A stretch of DNA of 64,000 nt from Syntrophales bacterium (GTDB lineage Bacteria > Desulfobacterota > Syntrophia > Syntrophales > PHBD01): positions 125,317 through 189,316 of the forward strand of contig DAOSEM010000003.1 in NCBI GenBank assembly GCA_035363115.1. The letters run 5' to 3'. Positions within the stretch are counted from its first letter, which is position 1. Each line of letters opens with the position of its first letter. Position numbers and translations under genes: made by a program. Positions 42,673 through 52,193 of this stretch are shown here, piece after piece. The notes beneath the pieces are model-generated. The model was not told where the DNA came from and ran no database searches. It was given only the letters and a program-made list of their open reading frames with translations.

Positions 42673-43668
42673 ATGACGGGCGAGGAAAAGGCGGCAATCA
42701 TGCTCTTGGCCCTGGACGAGGATCTGGCGGCGGAAGTCATTCGCAACCTGCGGCCGTCGGAGATCCGGAGGGTGGGCAAGTACATGAACCGCATCAGCAG
42801 CATCCCGGCTGATGTCATCCAGGGCGTCGCCAGGGAGTTCCTCGTCATGGCCCAGGAGGGAGGCGGGACCGTCGTCGTCCAGGAAGGGGTGACGAAGAAC
42901 ATCGTCACCAAGGCGCTTGGCGAGAAGGATGCCCAGGAAATCCTTTCCGACGTCGGAACCGCCCGGAGCAGCGACAATCCCATCATCGACAAGCTCCGGG
43001 ACATCGATCCGAAGCTGCTCATGGATTTCACGCGGTACGAGCACCCCCAGACGATTGCGCTCATCCTGGCCAACATCAAGCCGGACCAGGCCGCCATGAT
43101 CCTGGAGAGCTTTACGCCGGAGATGCAGACCGAGGTGGTCCGACGGGTCGCGACCCTCAAGAGCGTTCCCCAGGAATTCATCGAAGAGGTGGCCCGGACG
43201 CTGGAGCAGGAGATCGTGACCGGCTCGATGACCGACCAGCTGATCGGCGGCGTCCGGACGGCGTCGGAGATCCTGACCCGGATGAACCGCTCAACGGAGG
43301 GGGCCATCCTGACGTCCATCGAGGGACAGGACCCGGAGCTGGCAAGCGAGATCCGCGGCCTCATGTTCACCTTCGAAGACGTCCTGAAGCTGGACGACCG
43401 GAGCCTGCAGGAGCTGCTCCGGGAGGTCAGCTCGGAGGAGCTTTCCAAGGCCATGAAGATGGTGGACGAGAGTCTCCGGCAGAAGGTCTACAAGAACATG
43501 TCGAAACGCGGCGCCGAGATGCTCCAGGAAGAGATCGAGATGATGCCTCCGGTGCGGGTGTCCGAGGTGGAGGCCAGCCAGCGGAGCATCCTGGATGTCA
43601 CCAAGCGCCTGGAGACGGAAGGGCGGATCGTGATCCTCCGGGGAGAGGATGCGGATGAGTTCGTCTAA
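42673..43668 (+). CDS. fliG: flagellar motor switch protein FliG
   Basis: 331 aa. 'GEEKAAIMLLALDEDLAAEV', 'MFTFEDVLKLDDRSLQELLREV' and 'MSKRGAEMLQEEIE'. Confidence 0.96.
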   Translation: MTGEEKAAIMLLALDEDLAAEVIRNLRPSEIRRVGKYMNRISSIPADVIQGVAREFLVMAQEGGGTVVVQEGVTKNIVTKALGEKDAQEILSDVGTARSSDNPIIDKLRDIDPKLLMDFTRYEHPQTIALILANIKPDQAAMILESFTPEMQTEVVRRVATLKSVPQEFIEEVARTLEQEIVTGSMTDQLIGGVRTASEILTRMNRSTEGAILTSIEGQDPELASEIRGLMFTFEDVLKLDDRSLQELLREVSSEELSKAMKMVDESLRQKVYKNMSKRGAEMLQEEIEMMPPVRVSEVEASQRSILDVTKRLETEGRIVILRGEDADEFV

Positions 43669-44374
43669 GTCGAAAATCCTCCGGCCCTCGGACGTCCGGA
43701 TGGTGGAAAGGCCGGCGGGCTTCCCGTCTCCGGGGGGGTATCCCGGGGGTGATGGGGCGTCCGGCGAGGGCGGGAAGGGCTCCAACGGCGAGCGACTCCG
43801 GCTGGAGTTCGAGGAGAAGATCGAGCGCTCCGCGGCGGAAAGCTATGAAAAAGGCCTCCGGGAAGGCGTGAAGCGGGGCCGGGATGCCGCACGGGCCGAG
43901 GCGCGCCGGCAGCTTGACACGCTTGCCGGGCTCCTGGCGGAGATGGCATCCCTGAAGCGAACGATCATTGAGGATTCGGAGCCGGACATCCTCGAACTGG
44001 CCTTCACCGTTGCGGAAAAGGTTCTCAGCCGGGAAGTGGAGCGGCAGCCCGACTCGGTCGTGCATGTCCTGAAGGCGGCGATGAAGAACGTCATGGACCG
44101 GGACGGCGTCAAGATCCGCATGCACCCCCAGGATTACCAGCACCTGCTTGATATCCGGGAGGATTTCATGCGCCAGACGGACGGTCTCCGGAACGTCGTC
44201 TTCGAGCAGGACGAAGGCGTCAGGCGGGGGGGCGTCTTCATTGAGACGCGTTTCGGCGACGTGGATGCCCGCCTGGACCGCCAGCTTACAGAACTGAAAG
44301 CGGAGCTTTTAAAAGGTAGACCCTCCGGGCCGGCGGCGGGGCCGCGCGCGCCGGAACAAAAGGGAGGGGGCTGA
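43649..44374 (+). CDS. fliH: flagellar export apparatus protein FliH
   Basis: 241 aa, overlapping the fliG end. 'ESYEKGLREGVKRGRDAARAEARRQ' and 'IETRFGDVDARLDRQL'. Confidence 0.85.
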   Translation: MRMSSSKSKILRPSDVRMVERPAGFPSPGGYPGGDGASGEGGKGSNGERLRLEFEEKIERSAAESYEKGLREGVKRGRDAARAEARRQLDTLAGLLAEMASLKRTIIEDSEPDILELAFTVAEKVLSREVERQPDSVVHVLKAAMKNVMDRDGVKIRMHPQDYQHLLDIREDFMRQTDGLRNVVFEQDEGVRRGGVFIETRFGDVDARLDRQLTELKAELLKGRPSGPAAGPRAPEQKGGG

Positions 44375-44378
44375 ATTC

Positions 44379-45692
44379 GTGAGGCTTGACCTGTCCCGTC
44401 TCAGGCAGCGAATGGATTCCATCCAGCCCATCCGGGTCTACGGAAAGATCAGCGAGATCGTCGGCCTGGTCGTGGAGGGACACGGCCCCGCCGTCTCCAT
44501 CGGCGAGGTCTGCACCATCCATTCCGGTCCGGACCAGGCTGTCCATGCCGAGGTGGTGGGATTCCGGCAGGGGAAGGTCCTTTTGATGCCGCTGGAGGGA
44601 ATGCAGGGACTCAGCCCCGGCTGCCAGATCCAGTCGCTGGGCCGCAAGGCCTCCGTCTGGGTCGGCAGCAGCCTGCTGGGTCGCGTGATCGACGGCCTGG
44701 GCAACCCCATGGACGTGGGGGGGCCCATCGAGGGTACCGACTCCTATCCGCTCTATGCGGACCCCATCAACCCCCTCCTGCGGGGACGGATCCGGGAGCC
44801 CATGGATCTGGGCGTCCGGGTTGTCAACGGCCTGTTCACCTGCGGGAAGGGCCAGCGGCTCGGGATCTTCGCCGGATCGGGCGTGGGCAAGAGCGTCCTT
44901 CTGGGAATGATCGCCCGGAGCACCGAGGCGGACGTCAACGTAATCGGGCTGATCGGCGAGCGGGGGCGGGAAGTGCGCGAATTCCTGGAGAAGAACCTGG
45001 GCCGGGAAGGACTGGAACGGTCCGTCGTCGTGGTGGCGACCTCCGACCGGCATCCCCTGATCCGCATGCGGGCCGCCTCCCTGGCCACATCCATCGCCGA
45101 GTATTTCCGGGACCAGGGGAAAAACGTCCTGCTCATGATCGATTCCCTCACCCGGTATGCCATGGCTCAGCGGGAGATCGGGCTTTCGGTGGGCGAGCCG
45201 CCCGCCACGAAGGGATACACGCCCTCGGTGTTCAGCATGCTGCCCAAGCTCCTGGAGCGGTGCGGCCCCGTGGAGGGGAAAGGTTGCATCACCGGCCTGT
45301 ACACGATCCTCGTGGAGGGGGACGATTTCAACGAGCCCGTCTCCGACGCGGCGCGCTCCATCCTGGACGGGCACATCACGCTCACCAGGACCCTGGCGAG
45401 CCGCAACCATTATCCCGCGGTGGACGTTCTGCAGAGCATCAGCCGCGTGATGATCGACGTGACGGACGACCAGCATCGCAAGTGTGCCGGGGAGCTGCAG
45501 AACATCGTTGCGACCTATCGGAAGGCGGAGGACCTGATCAACATCGGGGCCTACGTGAAGGGCAGCAACCCGGAGATCGACCGCTCCATCGCCATGATCG
45601 ACCGGGTCAACGCCTACCTGTGCCAGGGAATGGATGAAAAAATCGATTTTGCCCGGGCGCGGCACGAGCTTCTGACCCTGCTGGCAGCCTGA
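44379..45692 (+). CDS. fliI: flagellum-specific ATPase FliI
   Basis: 437 aa with a GTG start. Walker A 'GSGVGKSVLLGM' and Walker B 'VLLMIDSLTRYA'. Confidence 0.96.
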   Translation: MRLDLSRLRQRMDSIQPIRVYGKISEIVGLVVEGHGPAVSIGEVCTIHSGPDQAVHAEVVGFRQGKVLLMPLEGMQGLSPGCQIQSLGRKASVWVGSSLLGRVIDGLGNPMDVGGPIEGTDSYPLYADPINPLLRGRIREPMDLGVRVVNGLFTCGKGQRLGIFAGSGVGKSVLLGMIARSTEADVNVIGLIGERGREVREFLEKNLGREGLERSVVVVATSDRHPLIRMRAASLATSIAEYFRDQGKNVLLMIDSLTRYAMAQREIGLSVGEPPATKGYTPSVFSMLPKLLERCGPVEGKGCITGLYTILVEGDDFNEPVSDAARSILDGHITLTRTLASRNHYPAVDVLQSISRVMIDVTDDQHRKCAGELQNIVATYRKAEDLINIGAYVKGSNPEIDRSIAMIDRVNAYLCQGMDEKIDFARARHELLTLLAA

Positions 45693-45696
45693 CGAC

Positions 45697-46137
45697 ATGA
45701 CGCCGTTTCCGCTCCAGACCGTTCTCGATGTCCGCAAGCGCCAGGAAGAGCGCTCCCTGATGGAATTCGCGGAAGAGGTGCGGCGCCTGAAGGAGGAAAA
45801 AGAGCGGCTCGGCGGGCTGGAGAGACAGGTGGGCGAAGCCCTGGGCCGGCTCCGGGAGCTTCAGGAGAAGACGGTCGAGGTCATGGAGATGGAGATGCAC
45901 CTCGTTCATATCCGGAATTGCCGCCGCCTGGTCCGGGAGCAGCAATCCCTGGTGGAGCAGCAGGAAGACGAGGTGCAGGCAAGGCGGGATCGGCTTGTGG
46001 AGGCAATGAGGGAGCGGAAGGTCATGGAAGCCCTTCGGGACCGTCATGACTCCGAGCAGAAGAAGGAAGAGGAGACGCGTGAGCAGGCCGCCATGGATGA
46101 GCGGGCCGTCATCGGCTCCCGGAGGAAGAAAACATGA
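45697..46137 (+). CDS. fliJ: flagellar export chaperone FliJ
   Basis: 146 aa coiled-coil protein. 'FPLQTVLDVRKRQEERSLMEFAE'. Positioned after fliI. Confidence 0.85.
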   Translation: MTPFPLQTVLDVRKRQEERSLMEFAEEVRRLKEEKERLGGLERQVGEALGRLRELQEKTVEVMEMEMHLVHIRNCRRLVREQQSLVEQQEDEVQARRDRLVEAMRERKVMEALRDRHDSEQKKEEETREQAAMDERAVIGSRRKKT

Positions 46138-46739
46138 GAAAAGCCTTTTGGATCCTGCAGATCCTCGTGGTTCTTGCCCTGGTCATCAAACTGGCGGCCA
46201 CGGGCGGCGCCCTGTCGAGCGCCGGGGCGACCGGATCGGAGCGGCCGGTCCTGGCCGGGGCTGGAACCTCGGCGGGACAGGGTGGATCCGCGAACCCGTC
46301 CGGGGTCAAGGACGTCCTGGATGATGAACTGCAGCGGGAACGGGACCTTGTCGCGGCACTGGACAAGCGGAAGGCGGAGCTGGACAGGCGCGAGGCGCTG
46401 GTGCGTGCCGATGAGGACAGGCTCCTGGCCCTCAAAAAGGAGATCCTGGACAAGATGAACGCCCTGGGCGCCCTGGAGAAGCGGCTGGACGCGCGCCTGG
46501 AGGCGGAAAAGAACCAGGATGTGAAGCGGCTCAAGGACCTGGCGAAGGTCTACGACGCGACGGCCCCGGACAAGGCGGGGGCCATGCTCGAGAAACTGGA
46601 CACGAAGACCGCGGCGGCGATCACGATGTACATGAAGAAGGACAGGGCCGGCCTGGTGCTGAAGCATCTCAACGTCGACAAGGCCGTCCAGATCACGAAG
46701 GAAATCACCCATTCGACGCCGACCCAGCCGGAAAAATAG
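46134..46739 (+). CDS. MotE-like / MgtE_N-domain flagellar protein
   Basis: 201 aa with an ATGA overlap with fliJ. N-terminal TM, coiled coil, then 'YDATAPDKAGAMLEKLDTKTAAAITMYMKKDRAGLVLKHLNVDKAVQI'. Confidence 0.7.
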   Translation: MRKAFWILQILVVLALVIKLAATGGALSSAGATGSERPVLAGAGTSAGQGGSANPSGVKDVLDDELQRERDLVAALDKRKAELDRREALVRADEDRLLALKKEILDKMNALGALEKRLDARLEAEKNQDVKRLKDLAKVYDATAPDKAGAMLEKLDTKTAAAITMYMKKDRAGLVLKHLNVDKAVQITKEITHSTPTQPEK

Positions 46740-46766
46740 GGTCGTTTGTTCAGCAGTGCAACAGGA

Positions 46767-46797
46767 GGGGGGCAGGTTGAAACCTGCCCCCCTTTTT
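46767..46797 (+). terminator. canonical intrinsic terminator ending the flgB...motE-like operon
   Basis: GGGGGGCAGGT-TGAA-ACCTGCCCCCC followed by TTTTT. Confidence 0.88.
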
Positions 46798-46921
46798 CGT
46801 TCCTTCGACGGGATGTTTTTGCCTTTCCCAGGGCCGGAAAGTTTTTCCTTCCGGGTGCATCTTGCCAGGAGGCCATATTGTAACATAATGTAATTGCACA
46901 TGTTTCGTTTGATGTGTGGGA

Positions 46922-46937
46922 TGGCACGGCCGTTGCA
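46922..46937 (+). promoter_or_regulatory. sigma54 promoter for fliK-flgD-flgE
   Basis: TGGCAC-GGCCG-TTGCA, a perfect consensus, preceded by an AT-rich stretch (46880-46915). Confidence 0.82.
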
Positions 46938-46967
46938 ATCAGGAGTCGGCAAAGGAAACATGGAACG

Positions 46968-48815
46968 ATGACCCCAGCAGCGACACAGATGATGACATTC
47001 CCGATCGGCGAGACTCCCTTCTTCAGGGAAGGATCCATGCCGGCGGGCGCTCCCGTAAAATCTCCGGACGGCTTTACGGCTGTCGGGAAAGACCGGGCCT
47101 CGCGTCCGGCCGCATCCATGGAGCCTTCTTTCTCCCGCATTCTCGCCGAGCAGACGGCGGAGCCGAAACAGGCGGCCGATGGAGAAGAAAAGGCCGCGAT
47201 CACCGGTCACGGCTATGCGGAGCCCGTCGTTCACGAAACGGAAGAAAACACCGGGAAGGCCTCCGACGGGGAAAAGACCGAATCCGTCCCAACGGATGCC
47301 CTTGCCCTTCTCCAGGCCCAGCCCGTCATCCCACCCGTTCCGCTCCCCGCCGGGCAGGCGGAGGAAATGGAACCAGGAATCGGGACGACAGGGACGGTTC
47401 CCTTCACGGACTCCTCCAATTCTTCCGGACCGGATGCCACCGGGAAAATTTTTCCCGCTCCGCCGGTTGCCGGGGGAATGCCCGCCCCCGTCGAAATGGC
47501 AGGTCCCGGGACCATGACGGACGATCAGGCCGCAGCCGCAACCGTGGACCAGAGACCCCTCGACACCCTTTCCGGCCTGACCGGGATGGAGTCGGAGGAG
47601 GTCATGGAATCGGCCGCTCAAGGACCCGCGACGAAGAATTCCCATGCCGCCGGGTTGACGGCCCGGTTCTACAGCGACTCCGACCTCCGGCCGGCTGAAG
47701 AGAACGTTCCGGCCGCGGGACCCGGAAAAGTTGAAAATCCTTCTGTTCCGAAGCACCACGCCGCCCGGGCGACCGGCCCGGTTGAAGGCGAGGAGGCAAC
47801 GGAGATGTTCCGCTCCGCCGCGGTTGAAAAGGGCATGGCCCCCGCGGACGCAGATGCGGTCGCCGGGACGAAGGAAATGAATCGGCCCGCGCGGAACGAT
47901 GCAAAGATGAATGAAGGACAGCCGGCCGGCTCCCCCTCCCGCGTGGCGGGAGACGGGCTGGAGAGCGCTGAATCCGCTGCCGCCCCGGCAGGCCGGCGTA
48001 CGGCCGGTCCGGTCGGATCCCAGGCGGCTGCAAGCACCGGCGTTGTGAAAGACGGAGTCCGGACGAAGGGCATCTCTTCCTCCGGCCCCTTCGATGTGCG
48101 CCGGACGGAATCAGACTCTGCCCAGGCGGCTGCAAAAGGACAGAAAAGCAGGCTGATGGACGCCTCCCAGGCGAAACAGTCCACCCCGGACTCCCCGTCC
48201 CCGGTGTTCCGGGAAACGGCGGAGCAGGTTTCACCATCGGGCGTCGAGAAGGCAGTCACCGGTAACTCCGGGGAAGCGCAGGGAGCCCTGGCGGCCGCGA
48301 AGCCTCCGTCCTCCTCCGCGGGATCCTTTTCGGAGGCCCTTCGCGATCCGTCCGCGGCTGTCCCGAGACAGGCCCACGAAGCCTGGGCGGCGGCTGCCGA
48401 GAAACATGGAACCGACGGGGGACGGGTTCGTATCATTCTCTCGCCGGACCACCTCGGGACTCTGGACATGGACGTGAGGGTCCGGAGGGAAGCCGTGGAG
48501 ATCATGATGTCGGTCCAGCGGGAGGAGTCGCTTCACACCCTGCGGGGACACGCCTCGGATCTCAAGGCGGCGCTCTCCGACCAGGGACTCCGGGTGGAGT
48601 CGCTTTCCCTGCAGACCTCGGGTCGGGACCTCCAGTCGAACGGCGGGTCTTCCGGGGGATACGGCGGGCTCTACGACGGCCGGAACACGAATGAGTCGGG
48701 CGGCCATGGGTCAGGGACCGGCCGGCAGCACGGAGAATCCGGAGCCGCGGCTCCTCAGGCCGCCGGGACGGCTTCACGGAAGATCGCCACGGACGGCATC
48801 AGCATCTTTGCCTGA
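46968..48815 (+). CDS. fliK: flagellar hook-length control protein FliK
   Basis: Start placed at ATG 46968, downstream of the promoter. Low-complexity Ala/Pro/Gly-rich body and a C-terminal Flg_hook domain 'VRIILSPDHLGTLDMDVRVRREAVEIMMSVQ'. Confidence 0.85.
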   Translation: MTPAATQMMTFPIGETPFFREGSMPAGAPVKSPDGFTAVGKDRASRPAASMEPSFSRILAEQTAEPKQAADGEEKAAITGHGYAEPVVHETEENTGKASDGEKTESVPTDALALLQAQPVIPPVPLPAGQAEEMEPGIGTTGTVPFTDSSNSSGPDATGKIFPAPPVAGGMPAPVEMAGPGTMTDDQAAAATVDQRPLDTLSGLTGMESEEVMESAAQGPATKNSHAAGLTARFYSDSDLRPAEENVPAAGPGKVENPSVPKHHAARATGPVEGEEATEMFRSAAVEKGMAPADADAVAGTKEMNRPARNDAKMNEGQPAGSPSRVAGDGLESAESAAAPAGRRTAGPVGSQAAASTGVVKDGVRTKGISSSGPFDVRRTESDSAQAAAKGQKSRLMDASQAKQSTPDSPSPVFRETAEQVSPSGVEKAVTGNSGEAQGALAAAKPPSSSAGSFSEALRDPSAAVPRQAHEAWAAAAEKHGTDGGRVRIILSPDHLGTLDMDVRVRREAVEIMMSVQREESLHTLRGHASDLKAALSDQGLRVESLSLQTSGRDLQSNGGSSGGYGGLYDGRNTNESGGHGSGTGRQHGESGAAAPQAAGTASRKIATDGISIFA

Positions 48816-48848
48816 ACGGATACAAACCATACACGAGAGGGAGACACC

Positions 48849-49238
48849 ATGAGCGTAACGGGCGTTAACGGAACCGGAACCAGCGCATCGACCACGTCGA
48901 CCACGTCGACGTCGAGCCTGGGGAAGGAGGCGTTCCTCCAGATGCTGGTAGCCCAGCTGAAGTACCAGGATCCCATGAACCCGGCGGACGGAACGGAATT
49001 CGCGTCGCAGCTCGCCCAGTTTTCCAGCCTGGAGCAGCTCACCAACCTGAACAAAGGCATCGAGAGCCTGGCCATGGACACCAACAGCCTGCAGGCGGTC
49101 AATCTCATCGGAAAGACCGTTGTGACGGACAGCCTGTCGGGGACGGTGACGGCGGTGAGTTTCCAGGACGGCTCCGTTTCCCTGACCCTGGACAATGGAG
49201 AAGAAGTGGCCTTCAGCGACGTGACCTCCGTCTCGTAG
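48849..49238 (+). CDS. flgD: flagellar hook capping/assembly protein FlgD (short form)
   Basis: 129 aa. 'LGKEAFLQMLVAQLKYQDPMNPADGTEFASQLAQFSSLEQ'. Confidence 0.9.
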   Translation: MSVTGVNGTGTSASTTSTTSTSSLGKEAFLQMLVAQLKYQDPMNPADGTEFASQLAQFSSLEQLTNLNKGIESLAMDTNSLQAVNLIGKTVVTDSLSGTVTAVSFQDGSVSLTLDNGEEVAFSDVTSVS

Positions 49239-49286
49239 AAGAAGGACAATTTTCAACCCTATAGAATACCTGAAGGAGGTTTTATC

Positions 49287-50504
49287 ATGTCGAGTTCATT
49301 ATGGATCGGGGCCACCGGGATGACGGCCGTGGACAAGCAGCTGGACGTCATCGGCAACAACCTGGCCAATTCCAGCACCGTTGGATACAAGTCAAGCGGC
49401 ACCCAGTTTTCCAGCATGCTGAGCCAGACCCTCTCGGGCGGCTCCGGCAACATGCAGGTCGGCCAGGGGGTGAGCGTGTCGGCGATCTCCACTGATTTCA
49501 GCCAGGGGTCCTTCCAGAACACCTCCAGCGTCACCGATATGGCGATCGACGGCGAGGGGCTCTTCATCACCCGGGATACCGACAGCGGCCTGACGTATTA
49601 TACCCGGAACGGCGCCTTCACCATCGACGAGGACGGCTACCTGGTGAATTCCAACAGCTACCGGGTCCAGGGCAACATGTTCACCAGCGGGGCGGAGATC
49701 TACAACCTGGGGGACATCAACCTCGAGGGCATCCAGTCGCAGCCGGTGACGACCACGTCCGTCCAGGTCGGCGCCAACCTCAATGCCCAGGCGGCGACGG
49801 GCGACGTCTTCAGCGTCAGCCAGACGGTCTACGGCAACGACGGTGCGGAATACACCATGTCCATCAACTACACGAAGACGGCCAACCCCCGGGAGTGGAG
49901 CATTGCCGGCACCCTGGAGGACGTGAACGGAAACATCACCAACGCCGCCGCCATCGCGACGCTGGTCACCTTCAATGCGAGCGGCGTCGTGCAGACGCCC
50001 GCTGCGAACGTCGACTTCACCTTTGCCGGCGCGAACATCGGCACCGGCGGGGTCATCAGCTGGGACGTGACGACGGCGGGCGTCGCAAAGCTCACCGGGT
50101 ACGCCAGCGACTCGGCCGTCTCGAGCGTCAAGGCCAACGGGTACCCGGCGGGCTCCCTCAACAGCATCTCCATCGGGGCGGACGGCGTGATCACAGGGGC
50201 CTTCAGCAACGGCCAGACCCAGAAGCTGGCCCGGGTCATGCTGGCGGACTTCGCGAACTACGGCGGCCTGAGCAAGGTCGGCACCTACTTCGTGGAGACC
50301 GACAAGTCCGGGGCGCCGCTGATCAACAATCCCGGGGCCGGGAGCCTCGGGAACATCCAGGCGAGCTCCCTGGAGGTGTCCAACACCGACGTGGCCGCCG
50401 AGTTCATCAACATGATCACGGCCCAGCGGGCCTACCAGGCCTGCGCCAAGGTCGTCACCACCGCCAACGACCTCCTGACGGTCCTCATGAACATCAAGCA
50501 GTAA
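49287..50504 (+). CDS. flgE: flagellar hook protein FlgE
   Basis: 405 aa. 'SLWIGATGMTAVDKQLDVIGNNLANSSTVGYK' and the C-terminal 'SSLEVSNTDVAAEFINMITAQRAYQACAKVVTTANDLL'. Confidence 0.96.
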   Translation: MSSSLWIGATGMTAVDKQLDVIGNNLANSSTVGYKSSGTQFSSMLSQTLSGGSGNMQVGQGVSVSAISTDFSQGSFQNTSSVTDMAIDGEGLFITRDTDSGLTYYTRNGAFTIDEDGYLVNSNSYRVQGNMFTSGAEIYNLGDINLEGIQSQPVTTTSVQVGANLNAQAATGDVFSVSQTVYGNDGAEYTMSINYTKTANPREWSIAGTLEDVNGNITNAAAIATLVTFNASGVVQTPAANVDFTFAGANIGTGGVISWDVTTAGVAKLTGYASDSAVSSVKANGYPAGSLNSISIGADGVITGAFSNGQTQKLARVMLADFANYGGLSKVGTYFVETDKSGAPLINNPGAGSLGNIQASSLEVSNTDVAAEFINMITAQRAYQACAKVVTTANDLLTVLMNIKQ

Positions 50505-50510
50505 GAACCA

Positions 50511-50548
50511 TTCTCCCCGGGGCCGGGAACCGCCGGTCCCGGGGAGAA
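50511..50548 (+). terminator. very stable 16-bp stem-loop after flgE (no U-tract; terminator or mRNA-stabilising hairpin)
   Basis: TTCTCCCCGGGGCCGG-gaaccg-CCGGTCCCGGGGAGAA with one G.U pair. Confidence 0.45.
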
Positions 50549-50665
50549 TCGATGTCAAGACCTTGACGGTCTGCCGGCCGCAGCCGCCGCCACCGTCATT
50601 CCCCGATCCATCCTTTTCTCGATTCCATCGACTTCCCGCCGGATTCCGCCACGGTTTCCCGCCAT

Positions 50666-50681
50666 TGGTACATGGCTTGCT
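50666..50681 (+). promoter_or_regulatory. sigma54 promoter for the second stator operon
   Basis: TGGTAC-ATGGC-TTGCT, ~60 nt upstream of GTG 50741. Confidence 0.75.
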
Positions 50682-50740
50682 TAAAGTCCTGCATATGACG
50701 CCGGGTGCGGCATCAATCGTGGACTTCGGGTAGGCAGCCT

Positions 50741-51508
50741 GTGGATTTTGCAACCATCATCGGCATTATCGGCGCGTTCGGCCTGGTCATCCTGGCGATG
50801 GCCGCCGGCGGCGGGGTTACGTGGTTTCTTGACGGTCCCTCCGCCATGATCGTTCTCGGCGGCACCTTCGGCGCCGCGCTGATCCACTACCGGATGTCGG
50901 ACATGCTCGGGGTTTTCCGGGTCATGAAGAACGCCTTTTTCCGGCGGAACGCCCGGCCGCCGGAGATGATCCGGCTGATCGTGGAGATGTCGCGCACCGC
51001 CAGGCGGGACGGACTCCTGTCCCTGGAGAGCGTGGTTACCCGCCAGCGGGACCCTTTCCTGACGAAGGCGGTCCGCCTGATGGTGGACGGCCTCGAACCG
51101 GAGAAGGTCTCCGGCATCCTGGAGACGGAGCTGGACTGGCTGGCGGAGCGGCACCGGAAGGGGGCGGAGATCATGACCAGCATGGGCCAGTTCGCACCGG
51201 CCATGGGCATGATGGGGACGCTCATCGGGCTGGTGCAGATGCTCATGAAGATGAACGATCCCTCCGCCATCGGCCCGTCCATGGCGATTGCGCTCGTAAC
51301 GACGTTTTACGGCCTCATCCTCGCCAACCTGGTCTTCCTGCCCATCGCGGGAAAGCTCCGGACGAGAAGCGGCGAGGAGATGCTGGTGAAGCAGCTGATC
51401 ATACAAGGCGTTCACGCCATCCAGTCGGGGGACAATCCGCGGATTGTCGAACAGAAGCTGCATGCCTTCATCGCCCCCCGGGAACGGAGATCCCGCTACG
51501 ATGAGTAG
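50741..51508 (+). CDS. motA: PomA/MotA-type stator protein (second stator)
   Basis: GTG start gives 'VDFATIIGIIGAFGLVILAMAAGGG', colinear with PomA N-termini. 'MGMMGTLIGLVQML' and 'TTFYGLILANLVFLPIAGKL'. Confidence 0.9.
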   Translation: MDFATIIGIIGAFGLVILAMAAGGGVTWFLDGPSAMIVLGGTFGAALIHYRMSDMLGVFRVMKNAFFRRNARPPEMIRLIVEMSRTARRDGLLSLESVVTRQRDPFLTKAVRLMVDGLEPEKVSGILETELDWLAERHRKGAEIMTSMGQFAPAMGMMGTLIGLVQMLMKMNDPSAIGPSMAIALVTTFYGLILANLVFLPIAGKLRTRSGEEMLVKQLIIQGVHAIQSGDNPRIVEQKLHAFIAPRERRSRYDE

Positions 51509-52193
51509 GAACGGACAGAGGCAGTCGAATCCCGCGGAATCACCGGTGGCGGTCTGGCAGGCCTCCTATGCGTCCCTGGCCATGATCCTGGTGGTCTTCT
51601 TCGTCATGCTGGTCTCCTATTCCCAGATCTCCGGGCGGTCGGCGGTGCAGATCCGGGCCGCCCTGGGGGGAAAGGTCGACCTCACCGCCGGGACGGACAG
51701 ACCCGGAATCCCGGCAGCCCCGACGATCACGGGAGAGCAGCGCGCCGCCGAGGCGAAGCTCCTTGCGGAGACGGGGGGCGTCCTGCGGGGCGCCCTGGAA
51801 AACGCAAACCTCAGCCGCAGCGCCGTCCTGGAAAGGACCCGCTCGGGATGGAGAATGGTCCTGGACATGGATGTCCTCTTCACGGAGGGGCGGGAGACAA
51901 TCCGGGAACCGGTGCATCCCTTCCTCCGGGAGGTCGGGAAGGCCGCGGCGAAGGGAAACCTGGCCGTCCGCATCGAGGCATTCGGCTCCGCATCCGGAAC
52001 CGGCGACGCCTCCACTTCCTGGGCGACGCCCGCCCTGCGGGCCGCAAGCCTGGCCGAGTATCTGGAGAAGGACGGAGTCCGCGTTCCCCTGTCCATCCGG
52101 GGGAGCCGGGCGGCGAGGACCGCCGCGGGATCTTCCGCGGATTCCCGGGAAGAGATGGTCGTTGCCCTTGTCCTGCCGGAGGCGGAGAGATGA
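51501..52193 (+). CDS. MotB-like protein lacking the conserved channel Asp
   Basis: ATG 51501 overlaps the motA stop by 8 nt. The TM motif 'WQASYASLAMILVVFFVML' has Ser where MotB/PomB have Asp. Degenerate OmpA-like C-terminus 'AVRIEAFGSASG...ALRAASLAEYLEKDGV'. Confidence 0.7.
   Translation: MSRNGQRQSNPAESPVAVWQASYASLAMILVVFFVMLVSYSQISGRSAVQIRAALGGKVDLTAGTDRPGIPAAPTITGEQRAAEAKLLAETGGVLRGALENANLSRSAVLERTRSGWRMVLDMDVLFTEGRETIREPVHPFLREVGKAAAKGNLAVRIEAFGSASGTGDASTSWATPALRAASLAEYLEKDGVRVPLSIRGSRAARTAAGSSADSREEMVVALVLPEAER

Noticed and set aside
41056-43044. 662-aa minus-strand ORF antisense to fliF/fliG; also 58501..60504 antisense to flhA and 44286..45737 antisense to fliI
   Set aside because: These are antisense to highly conserved flagellar genes with diagnostic motifs. 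The translations are low-complexity.
50766-50773. Exact GCCGATAA (sigma28 -10 consensus) on the minus strand
   Set aside because: It lies inside the motA coding sequence, has no TAAA -35 element at the right spacing, and has no downstream minus-strand gene.
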